A DNA stretch of 36,487 bases. Origin: an uncultured Acidobacteriota bacterium. Its GTDB lineage: Bacteria; Acidobacteriota; Vicinamibacteria; Fen-336; JAGNNV01. The position numbers and the translations under genes were made by a program. This document shows positions 1-9,175 of the stretch, in pieces; the first letter of the stretch is position 1, and each line of letters starts with the position of its first letter. The notes beneath the pieces are model-generated. The model ran no database searches, was not told the DNA's origin, and saw only the letters and a list, made by a program, of their open reading frames with translations. Location: positions 1 to 36,487 of the forward strand of contig CAZBTT010000001.1 in the NCBI GenBank assembly GCA_964494295.1, in the 5' to 3' direction.

Positions 1-420
1 AAGGACACCGCGGCCCGCGGCAAAGGCGCGATCGAGAAATTGTTCGCGCCGGAGTTCCGGAACCGCCTCTCCGCGATCGTCACCTTCGATTCGCTGCCCT
101 TCGAGGCCATGGAGCTGATCGTTTCGAAGTTCGTCCTCGAACTCGAATCTCAGCTTCGCGAGCGCAAGGTCGCGATCACTCTCGCCGAAGAAGCGCGCGC
201 CTGGCTCGCACGCAAGGGCTACGACCCGAAGTTCGGTGCGCGGCCGGTGACCCGCATCATCCAGGAGCACGTCCGCGATCCCCTCACCGACGAAATCCTC
301 TTTGGCGAACTCGAGTCGGGCGGGGAAGTCACGATCAAGCTCAATTCCGCCGGAGACGGCCTGGCCTTTGAATTCAAACCGGCGATAGTGAAAGAACCGG
401 GAGAAAAGATCGAAGTCTGA
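1..420 (+). CDS. clpA: ATP-dependent Clp protease ATP-binding subunit ClpA, C-terminal fragment (5' end lies outside the window)
   Basis: Frame 1 is open from nt 1. The translation ...FAPEFRNRLSAIVTFDSL...KGYDPKFGARPVTRIIQEHVRDPLTDEILFGEL... matches the ClpA D2-small/C-terminal region as I recall it from E. coli (FTPEFRNRLDNIIWF...KGYDRAMGARPMARVIQDNLKKPLANELLFG). Confidence 0.9.
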   Translation, partial: KDTAARGKGAIEKLFAPEFRNRLSAIVTFDSLPFEAMELIVSKFVLELESQLRERKVAITLAEEARAWLARKGYDPKFGARPVTRIIQEHVRDPLTDEILFGELESGGEVTIKLNSAGDGLAFEFKPAIVKEPGEKIEV

Positions 421-435
421 CCGCGAGCCGCGAAA

Positions 436-834
436 CTAAGCCCCCAGCGCCTTCGTCCACTGCCCGGTGTCGGTGTACTGCTGAAACCGCACGATCTTCC
501 CGCCACTCAGCGTGTCGACGTGCGCGAACTGCGCGTCGAGGACCGTTCCCGTCGCTTTGACCTTCCCCTTGTAGCGGCCCTGGACGACGACGGAGTCGCC
601 GCCGTCGATGAAGCTCGAAGGGATAGCCGCGAACTGATCGACCTCGGAAATGATCCGGCCGAAGACACCCTCCGCCACCGCCATGGGCCCTCGGTAGGGG
701 TTGCGGTCGGCGTAGCGAACGCCATCGGCCTCGTTCCATTCGATCTGTGGATCGAAGAGCCCCAGCACCGTGGGCACGTCCCCGCGGGCGAAAGCGTCGT
801 AGAGGCTCTTGATGAGTTCGGCATTCGTGGGCAT
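436..834 (-). CDS. SnoaL/NTF2-like (ketosteroid-isomerase-like) small protein
   Basis: 132 aa. The N-terminus ...LIKSLYDAFARGDVPTVLGLFDPQIEWNE... and the C-terminus ...GKIVRFQQYTDT... are typical of the SnoaL_2/NTF2-like fold. It is convergent with clpA. Confidence 0.7.
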   Translation of the reverse strand: MPTNAELIKSLYDAFARGDVPTVLGLFDPQIEWNEADGVRYADRNPYRGPMAVAEGVFGRIISEVDQFAAIPSSFIDGGDSVVVQGRYKGKVKATGTVLDAQFAHVDTLSGGKIVRFQQYTDTGQWTKALGA

Positions 835-965
835 GATGCCCGGATACTAGTTCTCGGTGCGCCCCTTCGCACGGCGCGTTTTGAAATCGGCACCGTCCCG
901 CTCGTGTTCAGGGCCGTGCGGTAGGCTGAAACCGCAACCCCACTCCCCAAGGAGGAGATCCCCGC

Positions 966-2585
966 ATGAGTCTCACCGCCGCCTTCGCACTCGCCGTTCT
1001 GCTCGCGCCCCAGCCGAAGGCCAAGCCGACACCGCTTCCTCCCGGCACGATGGAGGCGAAGAAGCTCGAAGCCCTCAAGGTCGAAGTCATCGCCGAGGTC
1101 GAGAAGAACAAGGACATGGTCCAGCAGATGGTGGATCAGATCTTCAGCTACGGTGAGCTTGGCTTCCAGGAGACGGAAACCTCGAACTACCTCGTCGGGA
1201 TACTCGAGAAGAACGGCTTCACCGTTCAAAAGGGCGTCTCCGGAATTCCCACTGCCTGGTTCGCACGCTGGGGCTCGGGCAAGCCCGTGATTTCCCTCGG
1301 CACCGACATTGACGGCATTCCGAAGTCCTCCCAAAAGCCCGGTGTCGCGTATCCCGAGCCTCTCGTCGAAGGCGCTCCCGGGCACGGGGAAGGACACAAC
1401 TCCGGCATGGCCGTGAACATCGTGGCCGCCCTTGCAGTGAAGAAGGTCATGGAGCGGGACAAGATTCCCGGCACGATTCAGATCTGGCCGGGCGTCGCCG
1501 AGGAACTCGTGGGCACCAAAGCGATCTACGTGCGCGACGGCTTCTTCAAAGACGTCGACATCACGCTGTTCTCCCACGTTTCCTCCGACATGAAGGCGGC
1601 GTGGGGAACCCAGGCCTCGAATGCCCTCGTCTCGGTTCGGTACGATTTCAACGGCGCGGCTGCGCACTCGGCCGGTGCTCCCTGGCGCGGGAAAAGCGCG
1701 CTTGACGCGGTGGAACTCATGAACGTGGGCTGGAACTACCGGCGCGAACATCTCAAGTACACGCAGCGTTCCCACTACGTCATCCCCGATGGCGGCGACC
1801 AGCCCAACGTCGTGCCGAGCAAAGCGAGTGTCTGGTACTACTTCCGCGAGACCGACTACAAGAACACCAAAGACCTGTGGGATATCGGCAATCGAATCGC
1901 GCAAGGCGCGGCGATGATGACCGACACCATGTTCACGTCGACCGTGCTCGGTTCCGCAATGGACCACCACATGAGCAAGCCGGTGGCCGAGGCCATGAAC
2001 GAGAACATCAAGCGTGTGGGCATGCCGACCTGGGATGACAACGACCAGACCCTGGCCAAGGCGGTTCAAAAGGAACTCGCGGTCAAGGAAGAGGGCCTTG
2101 CGACCAAGGTTTCGGACATGGATGGCCCAGTGGACGAGAAGGCGCGTACGGGCGGCGGCTCTGATGACATCGGCGACATTCAATGGAACACGCCCTCGGT
2201 CACGCTCCGCTACCCGGCGAACATCCCGAACCTGCCCGGCCACAGTTTCTGGAACGGGATCGCGATGGCGACGCCGATCGCGCACAAGGGGTCGACCGCG
2301 GGGGCCAAGGTCATGGCGACCACGATGCTCGACCTCTTCGCGAAGCCGGGCCTCGTGGCCGACTCGTGGAAGTACTTCAACGAGGTCCAGACGAAGGATC
2401 GCAAGTACATCTCGTTCCTGAGCGCCACCGACAAGCCGGCCGTCCACCTGAACAAGGAAATCGCGGAAAAGTTCCGCGAGAAGATGCGGCCGTACTACTA
2501 CGATCCGACGAAGTACAAGACCTATCTCGAGCAGCTCGGCATCAAGTACCCGACGGTTCGCACGCCGCCGGCATCGAAGGAGTAG
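966..2585 (+). CDS. M20-family amidohydrolase (AbgB / aminobenzoyl-glutamate-utilisation-like), probably exported
   Basis: 539 aa. An AAGGAGG Shine-Dalgarno lies about 10 nt upstream of the ATG. The N-terminus is hydrophobic. The metal-site region ...APGHGEGHNSGMAVNIVAALAVKKV... and the ...FNGAAAHSAGAPWRGKSALDA... dimerisation-domain signature are typical of M20D/AbgB-like enzymes. Confidence 0.85.
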   Translation: MSLTAAFALAVLLAPQPKAKPTPLPPGTMEAKKLEALKVEVIAEVEKNKDMVQQMVDQIFSYGELGFQETETSNYLVGILEKNGFTVQKGVSGIPTAWFARWGSGKPVISLGTDIDGIPKSSQKPGVAYPEPLVEGAPGHGEGHNSGMAVNIVAALAVKKVMERDKIPGTIQIWPGVAEELVGTKAIYVRDGFFKDVDITLFSHVSSDMKAAWGTQASNALVSVRYDFNGAAAHSAGAPWRGKSALDAVELMNVGWNYRREHLKYTQRSHYVIPDGGDQPNVVPSKASVWYYFRETDYKNTKDLWDIGNRIAQGAAMMTDTMFTSTVLGSAMDHHMSKPVAEAMNENIKRVGMPTWDDNDQTLAKAVQKELAVKEEGLATKVSDMDGPVDEKARTGGGSDDIGDIQWNTPSVTLRYPANIPNLPGHSFWNGIAMATPIAHKGSTAGAKVMATTMLDLFAKPGLVADSWKYFNEVQTKDRKYISFLSATDKPAVHLNKEIAEKFREKMRPYYYDPTKYKTYLEQLGIKYPTVRTPPASKE

Positions 2586-2589
2586 GCGG

Positions 2590-3120
2590 ATGGCGGATCT
2601 CAAGTCGGGCTTCGAGAAGATGGAGGCCCAGAAGGCCGATCTCATGCGCGGTCTCGCGTCTCTCGATGCCGAGACGTTGAACCGCCAGCCTCAGCCCGGC
2701 GCCTGGTCCATCCTCCAGGTGATCGCCCATCTCACAAAATCCGAGGGGGGAACGCTTCAGTACATCAAGAAGAAGACACAGGATCCGCAAGCCCTTCCGA
2801 AGACCGGCGTCGTGCCCTGGCTCCGGATCGGTCTCCTGATCGCGGGCATCCACTCACCGCTCAAGTTCAAAGCGCCCAAGGCGATCGCCGACGTGCCCGA
2901 TCGGGGCGACTTCCAGGCCGCGAGCCTGGCGTGGGCCGAGGTGCGGGAGGACTGGCGCGAGTTCGTGGATGCGTTTCCCGCGGTCTTGAACGATCGAATG
3001 ATCTTCCGCCACCCGTTTGTCGGCCTGCTCGGTCCGGCGCAGACCATGATCTTCCTGAACGAACATCTGGGGAATCACATCCGCCAGATCGGCCGGATCC
3101 GCAAGACCCTGGGCGTGTAG
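2590..3120 (+). CDS. DinB-family (DinB_2 four-helix bundle) protein
   Basis: 176 aa. It starts 4 nt after the M20 stop, with AAGGAG overlapping that stop. ...PGAWSILQVIAHL... near the N-terminus and ...FLNEHLGNHIRQI... near the C-terminus supply the conserved His residues of DinB-like proteins. Confidence 0.8.
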   Translation: MADLKSGFEKMEAQKADLMRGLASLDAETLNRQPQPGAWSILQVIAHLTKSEGGTLQYIKKKTQDPQALPKTGVVPWLRIGLLIAGIHSPLKFKAPKAIADVPDRGDFQAASLAWAEVREDWREFVDAFPAVLNDRMIFRHPFVGLLGPAQTMIFLNEHLGNHIRQIGRIRKTLGV

Positions 3121-3125
3121 CCGCC

Positions 3126-5093
3126 TTACGAGGCAGGTAACTTCGCGAGAACCGCCTCCGCATCTTTCCGACGCGGGTCCTTGCGATCGACGTTTCTGAG
3201 CAGTGTCCTCGCATCCGCGACCCGGCCCTGGCCGAGGGTCGCGAGGCCGAGGAAGTATTGACCGCCCGCGATCTTCGAATCGAGTCTCAAGGCGTCGCGC
3301 ACCGACGTTTCGGCATCCTTCCACTGGCCGGCCAGGAAGTACATCTTGCCCAGTTCGAGCTGCGCCTCGGGATCCTCGCTCAGGAACCGGGCCCGGTTCG
3401 CGTGCTCCCTCATCGCCGCCCGGAGCCCTTCGGTGGACGCAGTAGGCGAGGGAGAGGCGAGGCCCGCATTGAGCAGGCCGACTGCCGCGGCCATTCGTAC
3501 CGTCCGGCGCGTATCTCCAAGCGCCGTCTCCATGGCGGTCCGCACGTCAGGATCGCGGCCGCGCTCGGCGAGAGACAACGTCGCGACGGCCCGGAGTGCA
3601 GGGTGGGACTCGCGGATTCCCTCGAGAAGCGCGCGAGTCGCCGCAGGCTCGACGAAGTTTCGGAGATGTCCGAGCGCATTGGCCCGGATGAGGGGTGGCC
3701 GCGAGTCGTCGCGCGCGATCTTCGCCAGCGGCTCGACGGCTTTGGGATCCCGCTTCACCGCGAGCGTGAAGGCGACGGCATCCTCGACGGTCCGGTCGCG
3801 TCGGCCTCCCGGAAACCACGAAGCCAGTTGCTTCTCCGACCACTCGGCCGACTTGTCCTTGTGGCATTCGTTGCAGGCGTTGGGGATCCCGAATCGCCTC
3901 GTGTTCTCAGGAGCGGGCACCGAGATGGTGTGGTCGGGCATGCGATGCCGCAGCGAGATCACGGTGTCCGGCATATGGCATGAAACGCAGGTGGGAGTTT
4001 TCTGGCCGGGGGTCCCGGGATGCCTCGAATGCCGCGTTCCTTCATCCGCGATCTTTTGATGGCAGCCTGTGCACAGACCCTCCTGCTTCGCCCTGAAGTT
4101 CGAGTTCTTCTCGATGTCGGGCTCGTGCACATCGGTGTGGCAATTGAAACAGGTGGCGCCGCCCCTGAAGTAACACTGGCTCTGCCAGAAAGCCAGGGCT
4201 TCGTTCGAGAAGCGCCGGGGGCGTCCGTTGGGCCAATAGGCGGGATCGCGGTTGCGCTTCTGCGCGTATTCGAGAAGCGGCGTGAAGAAGTCGTAGTAGT
4301 TCTCCCCGCCCGAAAAACCCGGCTGGGTGATGTCCCGAAGCGCGTGGCACTGGGCGCATAGCGTGGTGCTGGTTTCCTTGTCGACGTGCCGGGGATGGAC
4401 GATGGCGGTTTCGCGATCGTCGGCGGAGGCCTTTTTCGTCGCGTATTTCGCGGAGTGAATCTGGCCGGGGCCATGGCACCGTTCGCAGCTCGTGCCGAAG
4501 TCCGTCCACGTGGTCTCGTAGGCCTTCCGGTCCGGATCGAAACCCTTCTCTTCGCCGCTCACATGGCAGCCGAAGCAGTTCGAGTTCCATACCTGCACCT
4601 TGACCGCGCCAGACTCCTCGAGGTCGACGATGTCGAGGTTGTGGAACCACTCCTTCTTTTCGACATCGTACGAAGGCGGAAGGACCACGATTCGGCCGTC
4701 CTCGAGCCGCGAGAGATAGTGCTGCACCCGCCGCGATCCCAGCGTGTAGTCGACGCGGCGCTTCACCGGAGTCTCCTGGAGATAACGCTCGACGATGAAG
4801 TACGCCCCGCCTTCCTGCGAAAGCCGGTACTCCTGACCGTGAAGGGTCACCGCGCCACGGAAAGCCGGGATCACGCTCGCGGGCCTCGCTTCCTGGAGCA
4901 TCCGGCTGTGCCGGCCATTCGTCCAGCTCGAATGTGTCGTGGCATGGCACTCGCGGCAGGCCTTCGAACCGACGAAGCCGGACGCTCGCGAGGGAGGAAT
5001 CGGACCGTGGGCCGGCGGTGTTGAAGAACCGGCCTGACCGAAGACCAGGGGTGCGGCCAAAAGCGCCCCCGCGAGGAAGGCGGCCCGGGTCAC
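3126..5093 (-). CDS. Exported octaheme c-type cytochrome (cytochrome c554/multiheme family) fused to C-terminal HEAT-like and TPR repeats
   Basis: 655 aa with a GTG start and a signal peptide (MTRAAFLAGALLAAPLVFGQA). There are eight CxxCH motifs: CRECH, CFGCH, CERCH, CAQCH, CFNCH, CTGCH, CVSCH, CNECH. The C-terminal third carries HEAT-like (…RANALGHLRN…ALRAVATLSLAERG…RMAAAVGLL…) and TPR-like (…ELGKMYFLAGQWKDAE…YFLGLATLGQGRVADA…) repeats. Confidence 0.85.
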   Translation of the reverse strand: MTRAAFLAGALLAAPLVFGQAGSSTPPAHGPIPPSRASGFVGSKACRECHATTHSSWTNGRHSRMLQEARPASVIPAFRGAVTLHGQEYRLSQEGGAYFIVERYLQETPVKRRVDYTLGSRRVQHYLSRLEDGRIVVLPPSYDVEKKEWFHNLDIVDLEESGAVKVQVWNSNCFGCHVSGEEKGFDPDRKAYETTWTDFGTSCERCHGPGQIHSAKYATKKASADDRETAIVHPRHVDKETSTTLCAQCHALRDITQPGFSGGENYYDFFTPLLEYAQKRNRDPAYWPNGRPRRFSNEALAFWQSQCYFRGGATCFNCHTDVHEPDIEKNSNFRAKQEGLCTGCHQKIADEGTRHSRHPGTPGQKTPTCVSCHMPDTVISLRHRMPDHTISVPAPENTRRFGIPNACNECHKDKSAEWSEKQLASWFPGGRRDRTVEDAVAFTLAVKRDPKAVEPLAKIARDDSRPPLIRANALGHLRNFVEPAATRALLEGIRESHPALRAVATLSLAERGRDPDVRTAMETALGDTRRTVRMAAAVGLLNAGLASPSPTASTEGLRAAMREHANRARFLSEDPEAQLELGKMYFLAGQWKDAETSVRDALRLDSKIAGGQYFLGLATLGQGRVADARTLLRNVDRKDPRRKDAEAVLAKLPAS

Positions 5094-5626
5094 GGCTTCT
5101 TGAGGACCTCCGCGATCCGGGCGTCGAGTTCCGAGGCTTCCACGACCCCTTCCTTCCTGAACACGACCCTCCCCGGCGCGCCCTTGCGGCCATCGACGAT
5201 CAGCTTGGTGGGAAAGATCATCACGTCCATCCGGTCGGACAGGCCCGAAGCCATGTAGACGGGGAACTTGTCTTTCCGGTTTTCGAAGAAGCGGACCACG
5301 TCGGCCTTGTCGTCATCCACGCTGAAACTCAGGAACGCCACATCCTTGCGATCCTTGATCTTCGACGCGAACTTCTCGAGCTCGGGCAGTTCCTGAATGC
5401 ACGGCCCGCACCAGGTGGCCCAGAAGTCGATGACTACCACCTTGCCCTCGAAGGCTCTTTCGGTGGGCCGGCCGCCGCCCATCTCTTCGACCGAGAACTT
5501 GACCGCGGCCGCGTTCGTTTTCTCCCAGCCTTCTTCGTTGGCGCCGCTGAAGGCGACCGAAATCAAGCCGATGGCGAAGGTGAAACGAAGAAGGCGGGAC
5601 AGGGGTCTTTTCACGGAACCGCGCAA
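5090..5626 (-). CDS. TlpA/ResA-family thiol:disulfide oxidoreductase (thioredoxin fold), membrane-anchored or exported
   Basis: 178 aa. It has an N-terminal hydrophobic anchor and the motif ...VVVIDFWATWCGPCIQELPELEKF... (WCxxC redoxin). Its stop overlaps the cytochrome start as GTGA. The start is uncertain: TTG at 5626 or GTG at 5614. Confidence 0.85.
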   Translation of the reverse strand: MRGSVKRPLSRLLRFTFAIGLISVAFSGANEEGWEKTNAAAVKFSVEEMGGGRPTERAFEGKVVVIDFWATWCGPCIQELPELEKFASKIKDRKDVAFLSFSVDDDKADVVRFFENRKDKFPVYMASGLSDRMDVMIFPTKLIVDGRKGAPGRVVFRKEGVVEASELDARIAEVLKKP

Positions 5627-5695
5627 ACATACGCCCTCGGGGCGTGCCTGGAGAACTCAGGCAGCGCCTGTAGCATCGCCGAACCCGACGCGCCC

Positions 5696-8600
5696 ATGAC
5701 CCTACCCCAAAGGCCCTCTCCGCTCGTCCCGTTCCTGATCGCCGCCGCCTGCTCCGGCTGCGCCGCGCTTCTGAATCAGGTGATGTGGTCCCGGATGCTG
5801 TCCCTGGTGTTCGGCTCGACGATCGAAGCGGTATCGGCGGTCACCGCGATCTTCATGGCCGGACTCGCGCTCGGCAGCGCCCTGGCCCCCCGGCTGGTCG
5901 CGCATCGCAGCGCGCGGGAGGCTGCGATGCTCTACTCACGCGTCGAGCTCTTCATTGGCGGAGCGGCCATTTTTCTGGCTTTTGTACTTCCCGCGCTCGA
6001 GCCGGTGCGGGGGTCCGTCGGAGCCGGTCCCCTGTGGTTCCTGGCCATCCTTCTTCTCCTGGTACCCGCAGGCCTCATGGGAACGACGCTGGTGATCCAG
6101 AGTCATGTGGTCTCCTCTTCGGTGGATCACGCTCTGGGCTCGCGCACCGCAGGCCTCCTGTTCACCGCCAACACCTTTGGAGCGGTGGTGGGGGCCTACG
6201 GAAGCGTCATGGTTCTGGTTCCTTCGCTGGGTGTCCGCAGGACCATCATGGTCGCGACCGTTCTCAATGTCATCGCCGCCGGTCTCGGCCGGATGCGCAC
6301 CGCGGAGAACTCGACGGCCGCGACACCAAAAAACGTCGCGCCGGCGAGCACCTCCCAAACGCCTGCGCCGGTTTCGCGCCTGTCGGTTCTTCTTGTGATG
6401 GCGGCGCTCTTCACCGCGGGTTTCGCCGGTCTCGCGAACGAGGTGGCCTGGACCCGTGCCTTCATCCTGGTGGCCGGTCCCACCGTGCACGCCTTCGCCT
6501 TCGTGCTCGGCGCGATTGTTCTGGGCCTGGCCACCGGCGCCTTGATCTCGAGCAACCTGCTCCCCTACCTCGGCAATCCACGCCTTGCTTTCGTCCTGGT
6601 TCAGGCGAGTGTCGCGATCGCGAGTGCCCACGTGATCCGCACCCTGGCCTCCATGCCCCTCGCTTACGGCGATGAGGTGAGACGTCTCATCGATCAGCCC
6701 GAGGCCATCGTCGGCCTTCAGGCGAGCCGATCACTGCTCTTGCTCTTCCCCGCAGCGGCTCTCTCTGGCGCGCTTTTCCCGCTCGGTCTGCGTCTTCTAC
6801 GATCACGCTTCTCGATGCCCCAGGCCATGGGCTTCGGCAGCGCGCTCAACACATTCGGAGCGATCCTCGGGGCGTCCCTCGCGGGCTTCGTCCTGCTTCC
6901 CGGCCTCGGCCTCGACATGACCCTCCGCGTCGCCGCCGCCGGCTCGGCCCTATCCGCCCTTCTTGTGGCGCTTCACTGCCGTCTCCCGTCGAGAATCGCG
7001 GGTGTTGCCGCCTCGCTCGTGGCGATCGGCCTCCTCTTCACCGCCCCGACGTTCGACAAGGAACTCTTCGCCGGCGGTGTCTACAAGTACTCGGCCTACG
7101 ACCCGGAGCTGAGTGTCGAAGATGTCCTCCGTCGTGGCGAACTGGTTTCGTATGTCGAGGGCCGCGCCTCCAATGTATCGGTCAAGCGGATCGGCGCATC
7201 ATTCTCCCTGGCCGTGGACGGGAAGGTGGACGCCACGTCCGGCGGCGACATGCTCACCCAGCGCCTGCTCGCCCACGTCCCGTTCCTGATCAGTGAGCAG
7301 CCCAAGAACGCTCTCGTAATCGGTCTCGGAAGCGGCGTCACCGCGGCGGCCGCTCTGACTCACGAGCCGGCTTCGGTCACCGCGGTGGAGATCTCGCCGG
7401 ATGTGGTCGACGCGGCGCGGGAGTTCTTCGGCGACGCCAACCAGCGCGTTCTCGAGAACCCGAAGCTGAGGCTCGTGGTGGGCGACGCGCGGCAGCACGT
7501 CCTGGCCGAACCCGATCGATACGACGTGATCATCTCCGAACCTTCGAACCCGTGGATGGCGGGTGTGTCCGCCCTCTTCACCAGGGAGTTCTTCACGTCG
7601 GTTCGTTCGCGCCTGGTCGATGGAGGCGTGTTTTGTCAGTGGGGTCATCTCTACAACATGAGCGAGGCCGATCTGGCGACACTGCTCGCGACGTTTGGAG
7701 ACGTGTTTCCCAAAGCGTCGGTCTACGTGATCAGTGAGGCCGACATTCTGATCGTGGGCCGTGACGGTTCTTCGGCTCTTTCATCCTCCCGCCTCGAAGG
7801 GATGTCCGCGGCGGCCCGCCTGGATCTTGCCGCCTCGAACCTGACCGCGGATTCTCTGGCTTCGATCCCGACCGTGGGCCTCGAGAAACTCGCGGACTGG
7901 CTTCGCGGCGCTCGACGCCATACCGACGATGCACCCGTTCTCGATTTCAGCGCACCCCTTTCGATTCACGCGCAAACCGCCTCCGCGAACCGGCGCCGAC
8001 TCAGTCCCGAAGATGCGCCCGGCACGCTTGACGCCCTCAAGGCCCGCCTCACCCTTCTCGGCGCTTCGGGGAGTTCGGAGTGGGCCTTTGAAGTGGCGGA
8101 GCGTGCGATCTCCGGGGGCCTCTCCGACCGAACGGTCGGGCTCGAGTACGTGAAAGGCGCGGTGCGGCTCCGCAGAGTTGAGGCCGCCGAGGCGACGTTG
8201 TTCGCGGCCATCGCCCGAGCGCCCTCAGCCTCGCTTCATGTGACCCAGGCTCTTCTTTACTGGAATACCGGGCGGGCCGACCGCGCGCTTCAGTCCCTGG
8301 AAGCCGCTTCCCGTCTTGATCCCCTGGATGCGAACGCCTACCTCCTCGGCGCGGAGATCCAATCCGGGGCCGGGAATCTGCAGGCCATGCGAAAGCTGAT
8401 CGCGCGCGTGCTGGCCGCGGACGGCCGGAACGTCGAGGCTCTCGGCCTCGCCGCGGAGGCGGAGCTCAAAGACGGGCGCCTCGAACCCGCCGCGCGCCTG
8501 GCGGAGGGAGCCCTGAGCATCGACCCCAGGGAGTCGAGAGCCCTCGAGGTTCACGCCCTGGCCCTTGCCCAGCTCGGCCGTCTGGCTGAAGCGAGGAACG

Positions 8601-8836
8601 CTTTTCTGGCCCTCCTTCGAGCTTCTCCCGAGGCCCCCGTTTCGAGAAACAACTTCGGTGTCTTCGAGTTGCAGCAGGGCAACGCGGCCGCTGCGGCTCG
8701 CCTCTTCAAGGACGCCGTGGATCTCGATCCTGCGAACCTCGATGGCTATCGGGGCCTGAGGGAGGCGGCGAACGTACTCAAGCGCGACGATCTGCTTCAA
8801 TTCGCGGAAAGGGGCATCGCCCGGCTGACGCGCTAA
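5696..8836 (+). CDS. Fused polytopic membrane (MFS-like) / spermidine-synthase-like / TPR-repeat protein
   Basis: The ATG at 5696 is in frame with the 4934..8836 ORF. There are two blocks of TM helices, each opening with a related motif (LLNQVMWSRMLSLVFGST and LANEVAWTRAFILVAGPT). The centre, ...VIGLGSGVTAAAAL...VEISPDVVDAAREFF...VVGDARQHV...YDVIISEPSNPWMAGVSALFTREFF, is a spermidine-synthase-type fold. The C-terminal ~300 aa are TPR-like. Confidence 0.85.
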   Translation: MTLPQRPSPLVPFLIAAACSGCAALLNQVMWSRMLSLVFGSTIEAVSAVTAIFMAGLALGSALAPRLVAHRSAREAAMLYSRVELFIGGAAIFLAFVLPALEPVRGSVGAGPLWFLAILLLLVPAGLMGTTLVIQSHVVSSSVDHALGSRTAGLLFTANTFGAVVGAYGSVMVLVPSLGVRRTIMVATVLNVIAAGLGRMRTAENSTAATPKNVAPASTSQTPAPVSRLSVLLVMAALFTAGFAGLANEVAWTRAFILVAGPTVHAFAFVLGAIVLGLATGALISSNLLPYLGNPRLAFVLVQASVAIASAHVIRTLASMPLAYGDEVRRLIDQPEAIVGLQASRSLLLLFPAAALSGALFPLGLRLLRSRFSMPQAMGFGSALNTFGAILGASLAGFVLLPGLGLDMTLRVAAAGSALSALLVALHCRLPSRIAGVAASLVAIGLLFTAPTFDKELFAGGVYKYSAYDPELSVEDVLRRGELVSYVEGRASNVSVKRIGASFSLAVDGKVDATSGGDMLTQRLLAHVPFLISEQPKNALVIGLGSGVTAAAALTHEPASVTAVEISPDVVDAAREFFGDANQRVLENPKLRLVVGDARQHVLAEPDRYDVIISEPSNPWMAGVSALFTREFFTSVRSRLVDGGVFCQWGHLYNMSEADLATLLATFGDVFPKASVYVISEADILIVGRDGSSALSSSRLEGMSAAARLDLAASNLTADSLASIPTVGLEKLADWLRGARRHTDDAPVLDFSAPLSIHAQTASANRRRLSPEDAPGTLDALKARLTLLGASGSSEWAFEVAERAISGGLSDRTVGLEYVKGAVRLRRVEAAEATLFAAIARAPSASLHVTQALLYWNTGRADRALQSLEAASRLDPLDANAYLLGAEIQSGAGNLQAMRKLIARVLAADGRNVEALGLAAEAELKDGRLEPAARLAEGALSIDPRESRALEVHALALAQLGRLAEARNAFLALLRASPEAPVSRNNFGVFELQQGNAAAAARLFKDAVDLDPANLDGYRGLREAANVLKRDDLLQFAERGIARLTR

Positions 8837-8894
8837 GATTCGCGCCCAGCTACGGCGGGCGAATGGCTCGCTGCTGATCACAGGAGGGCGGACC

Positions 8895-9131
8895 TTGGAC
8901 TTCATCACCACATTCACCGGCGGCAGAATCGCGCGCGGCGGCGGTTTCCTTTCGGGCATCATTTCGTGGTTCATCCGGATCGTCATCTATGACATCTGCA
9001 TCTCCACGATCCAAAGCGTCCTCGGCGTTTCGAGATTCACCGCGCTCATGATCTTTCTCGGGATCCTTCTCGCCCTCTCGGGCGCGGCGTATGTGATCCG
9101 TCAGAAGGCGAGCCGCGGCGTCGACGAGTAA
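8895..9131 (+). CDS. Small hypothetical membrane protein (two predicted TM helices)
   Basis: 78 aa. The TTG start is preceded by AGGAGG (8882..8887) with a 7-nt spacer. Two hydrophobic stretches are present (GIISWFIRIVIYDICISTI and ALMIFLGILLALSGAAYVI). I recognise no family. Confidence 0.55.
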   Translation: MDFITTFTGGRIARGGGFLSGIISWFIRIVIYDICISTIQSVLGVSRFTALMIFLGILLALSGAAYVIRQKASRGVDE

Positions 9132-9175
9132 GCCGTCGCATCGCAGGCCCCCGTCTGAGCGAAGATCGAGGGATC

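Noticed and set aside
507-2645. A 712-aa minus-strand ORF antisense to the M20 amidohydrolase gene.
   Set aside because: Its translation is Arg/Gly/His/Val-rich with no recognisable motif. The plus-strand frame carries clear M20 signatures and a good Shine-Dalgarno. Long shadow ORFs like this are expected in high-GC DNA.
4934-5695. The 254-codon upstream extension of the 1300-aa ORF (4934..8836), antisense to the cytochrome and TlpA genes.
   Set aside because: The extension is low-complexity (R/P/G-rich) and overlaps two well-supported minus-strand genes. The recognisable protein begins at the ATG at 5696 with the first TM helix.
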